Positions 63,279 to 64,000 of a stretch of 64,000 nt of DNA are shown here, one piece after another. Each line of letters opens with the position of its first letter. Position 1 is the stretch's first letter. The DNA comes from Lingula anatina (lineage: Eukaryota > Animalia > Brachiopoda): assembly GCA_051362555.1 (NCBI GenBank), contig CM120641.1, positions 10,478,001-10,542,000 on the forward strand, written 5' to 3'. Under the pieces are notes generated by a model. The model had not been told where the DNA came from. It was given only the letters and a program-made list of their open reading frames with translations, and did no database searches. Position numbers and translations under genes: made by a program.

Positions 63279-64000
63279 GTAAGATAACTCTCCTTTTTTA
63301 CGCATTTTGGGCAGAGAATGCTTGTAGAAATAATAGACGCATGATATGAAAACGTGACACGTAACTTGAAGGTGCAAAATCGTGCTTAATTTGCGGTCAA
63401 CTTGTTTAGAAATAAATGCTGCGTCGACCGCCAGCGCGACAAAAAGCGTAAAGGGGAAATAATTCCCGGGAGTCTATAAATCGTTGTCATGTGGAAATTT
63501 GGCATTAATATAATCCGATATGTCCATATCTAAGTATTTTTGGGTGTTTTATGGTATGGGCTGCAATTACAACGATGTTTTAGAGGTCTTGAAGGACCTT
63601 GTGAAAACCAGGAAGTAGTTCGTAACTAACAAGTGGAATGTACCGATCTCCGACTGCTGTGCACAGCTGTATCTTTTTTTTCAATATATTGACGAATTTT
63701 TAGATCTTTATATGTCCATCTGGCATGAAATTCCACACACATGATCACACTGATACACCTTTTACACTGGGGAAGGCGCTCATCGGTACAAATATACAAT
63801 AAAGTGCAATGCATTCACAGGACAAATAAAACATTTCACTGACAAGATCTTCCCAAAAAGACGGAAAGAGAATTCAGGTGAGCTGACAGGTAATTAAGAC
63901 TAGCTCAAAGTACTAATAATTGACATTATTATGCAATACTCAGTTGGTAAAACGATTCTCACAGGTAGATAAGATGTAACATGACCAATTTCTATAGGCT

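Overview
AT-rich, intron-rich animal genomic DNA. The Helentron/HINE-type repeat and the gene content suggest an invertebrate, probably a mollusc or other lophotrochozoan (inference). Gene models were assembled by hand from GT-AG junctions and frame continuity. In order: (1) a ~1,950-aa type I membrane protein with nine tandem bacterial-type lamin-tail-domain (LTD)-like repeats, a SEA-like juxtamembrane domain and two alternative cytoplasmic-tail exons (2022-16577, +); (2) a decayed transposase-like relic; (3) a small HERC E3 ligase (HERC4-like, 23564-38040, +) with a pair of 48-nt mutually exclusive-type exons and a 3.5-kb satellite-bearing intronic element; (4) a two-exon C2H2 zinc-finger gene (-); (5) the highlight, a cluster of three tandem multi-exon genes (44122-46964, 51514-54672, 55364-59502, +). 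These encode proteins with an N-terminal PDZ-like segment and a C-terminal IL-1/IL-18-like beta-trefoil, with IL-1-type intron phases. Two have Cys/basic C-terminal tails, and the third gene is leaderless with adjacent AP-1 and NF-kB sites upstream; (6) probable first exon(s) of a further gene at the right edge. Several MITEs with resolvable target-site duplications are present. No database searches were possible, so all family assignments rest on motif recognition.
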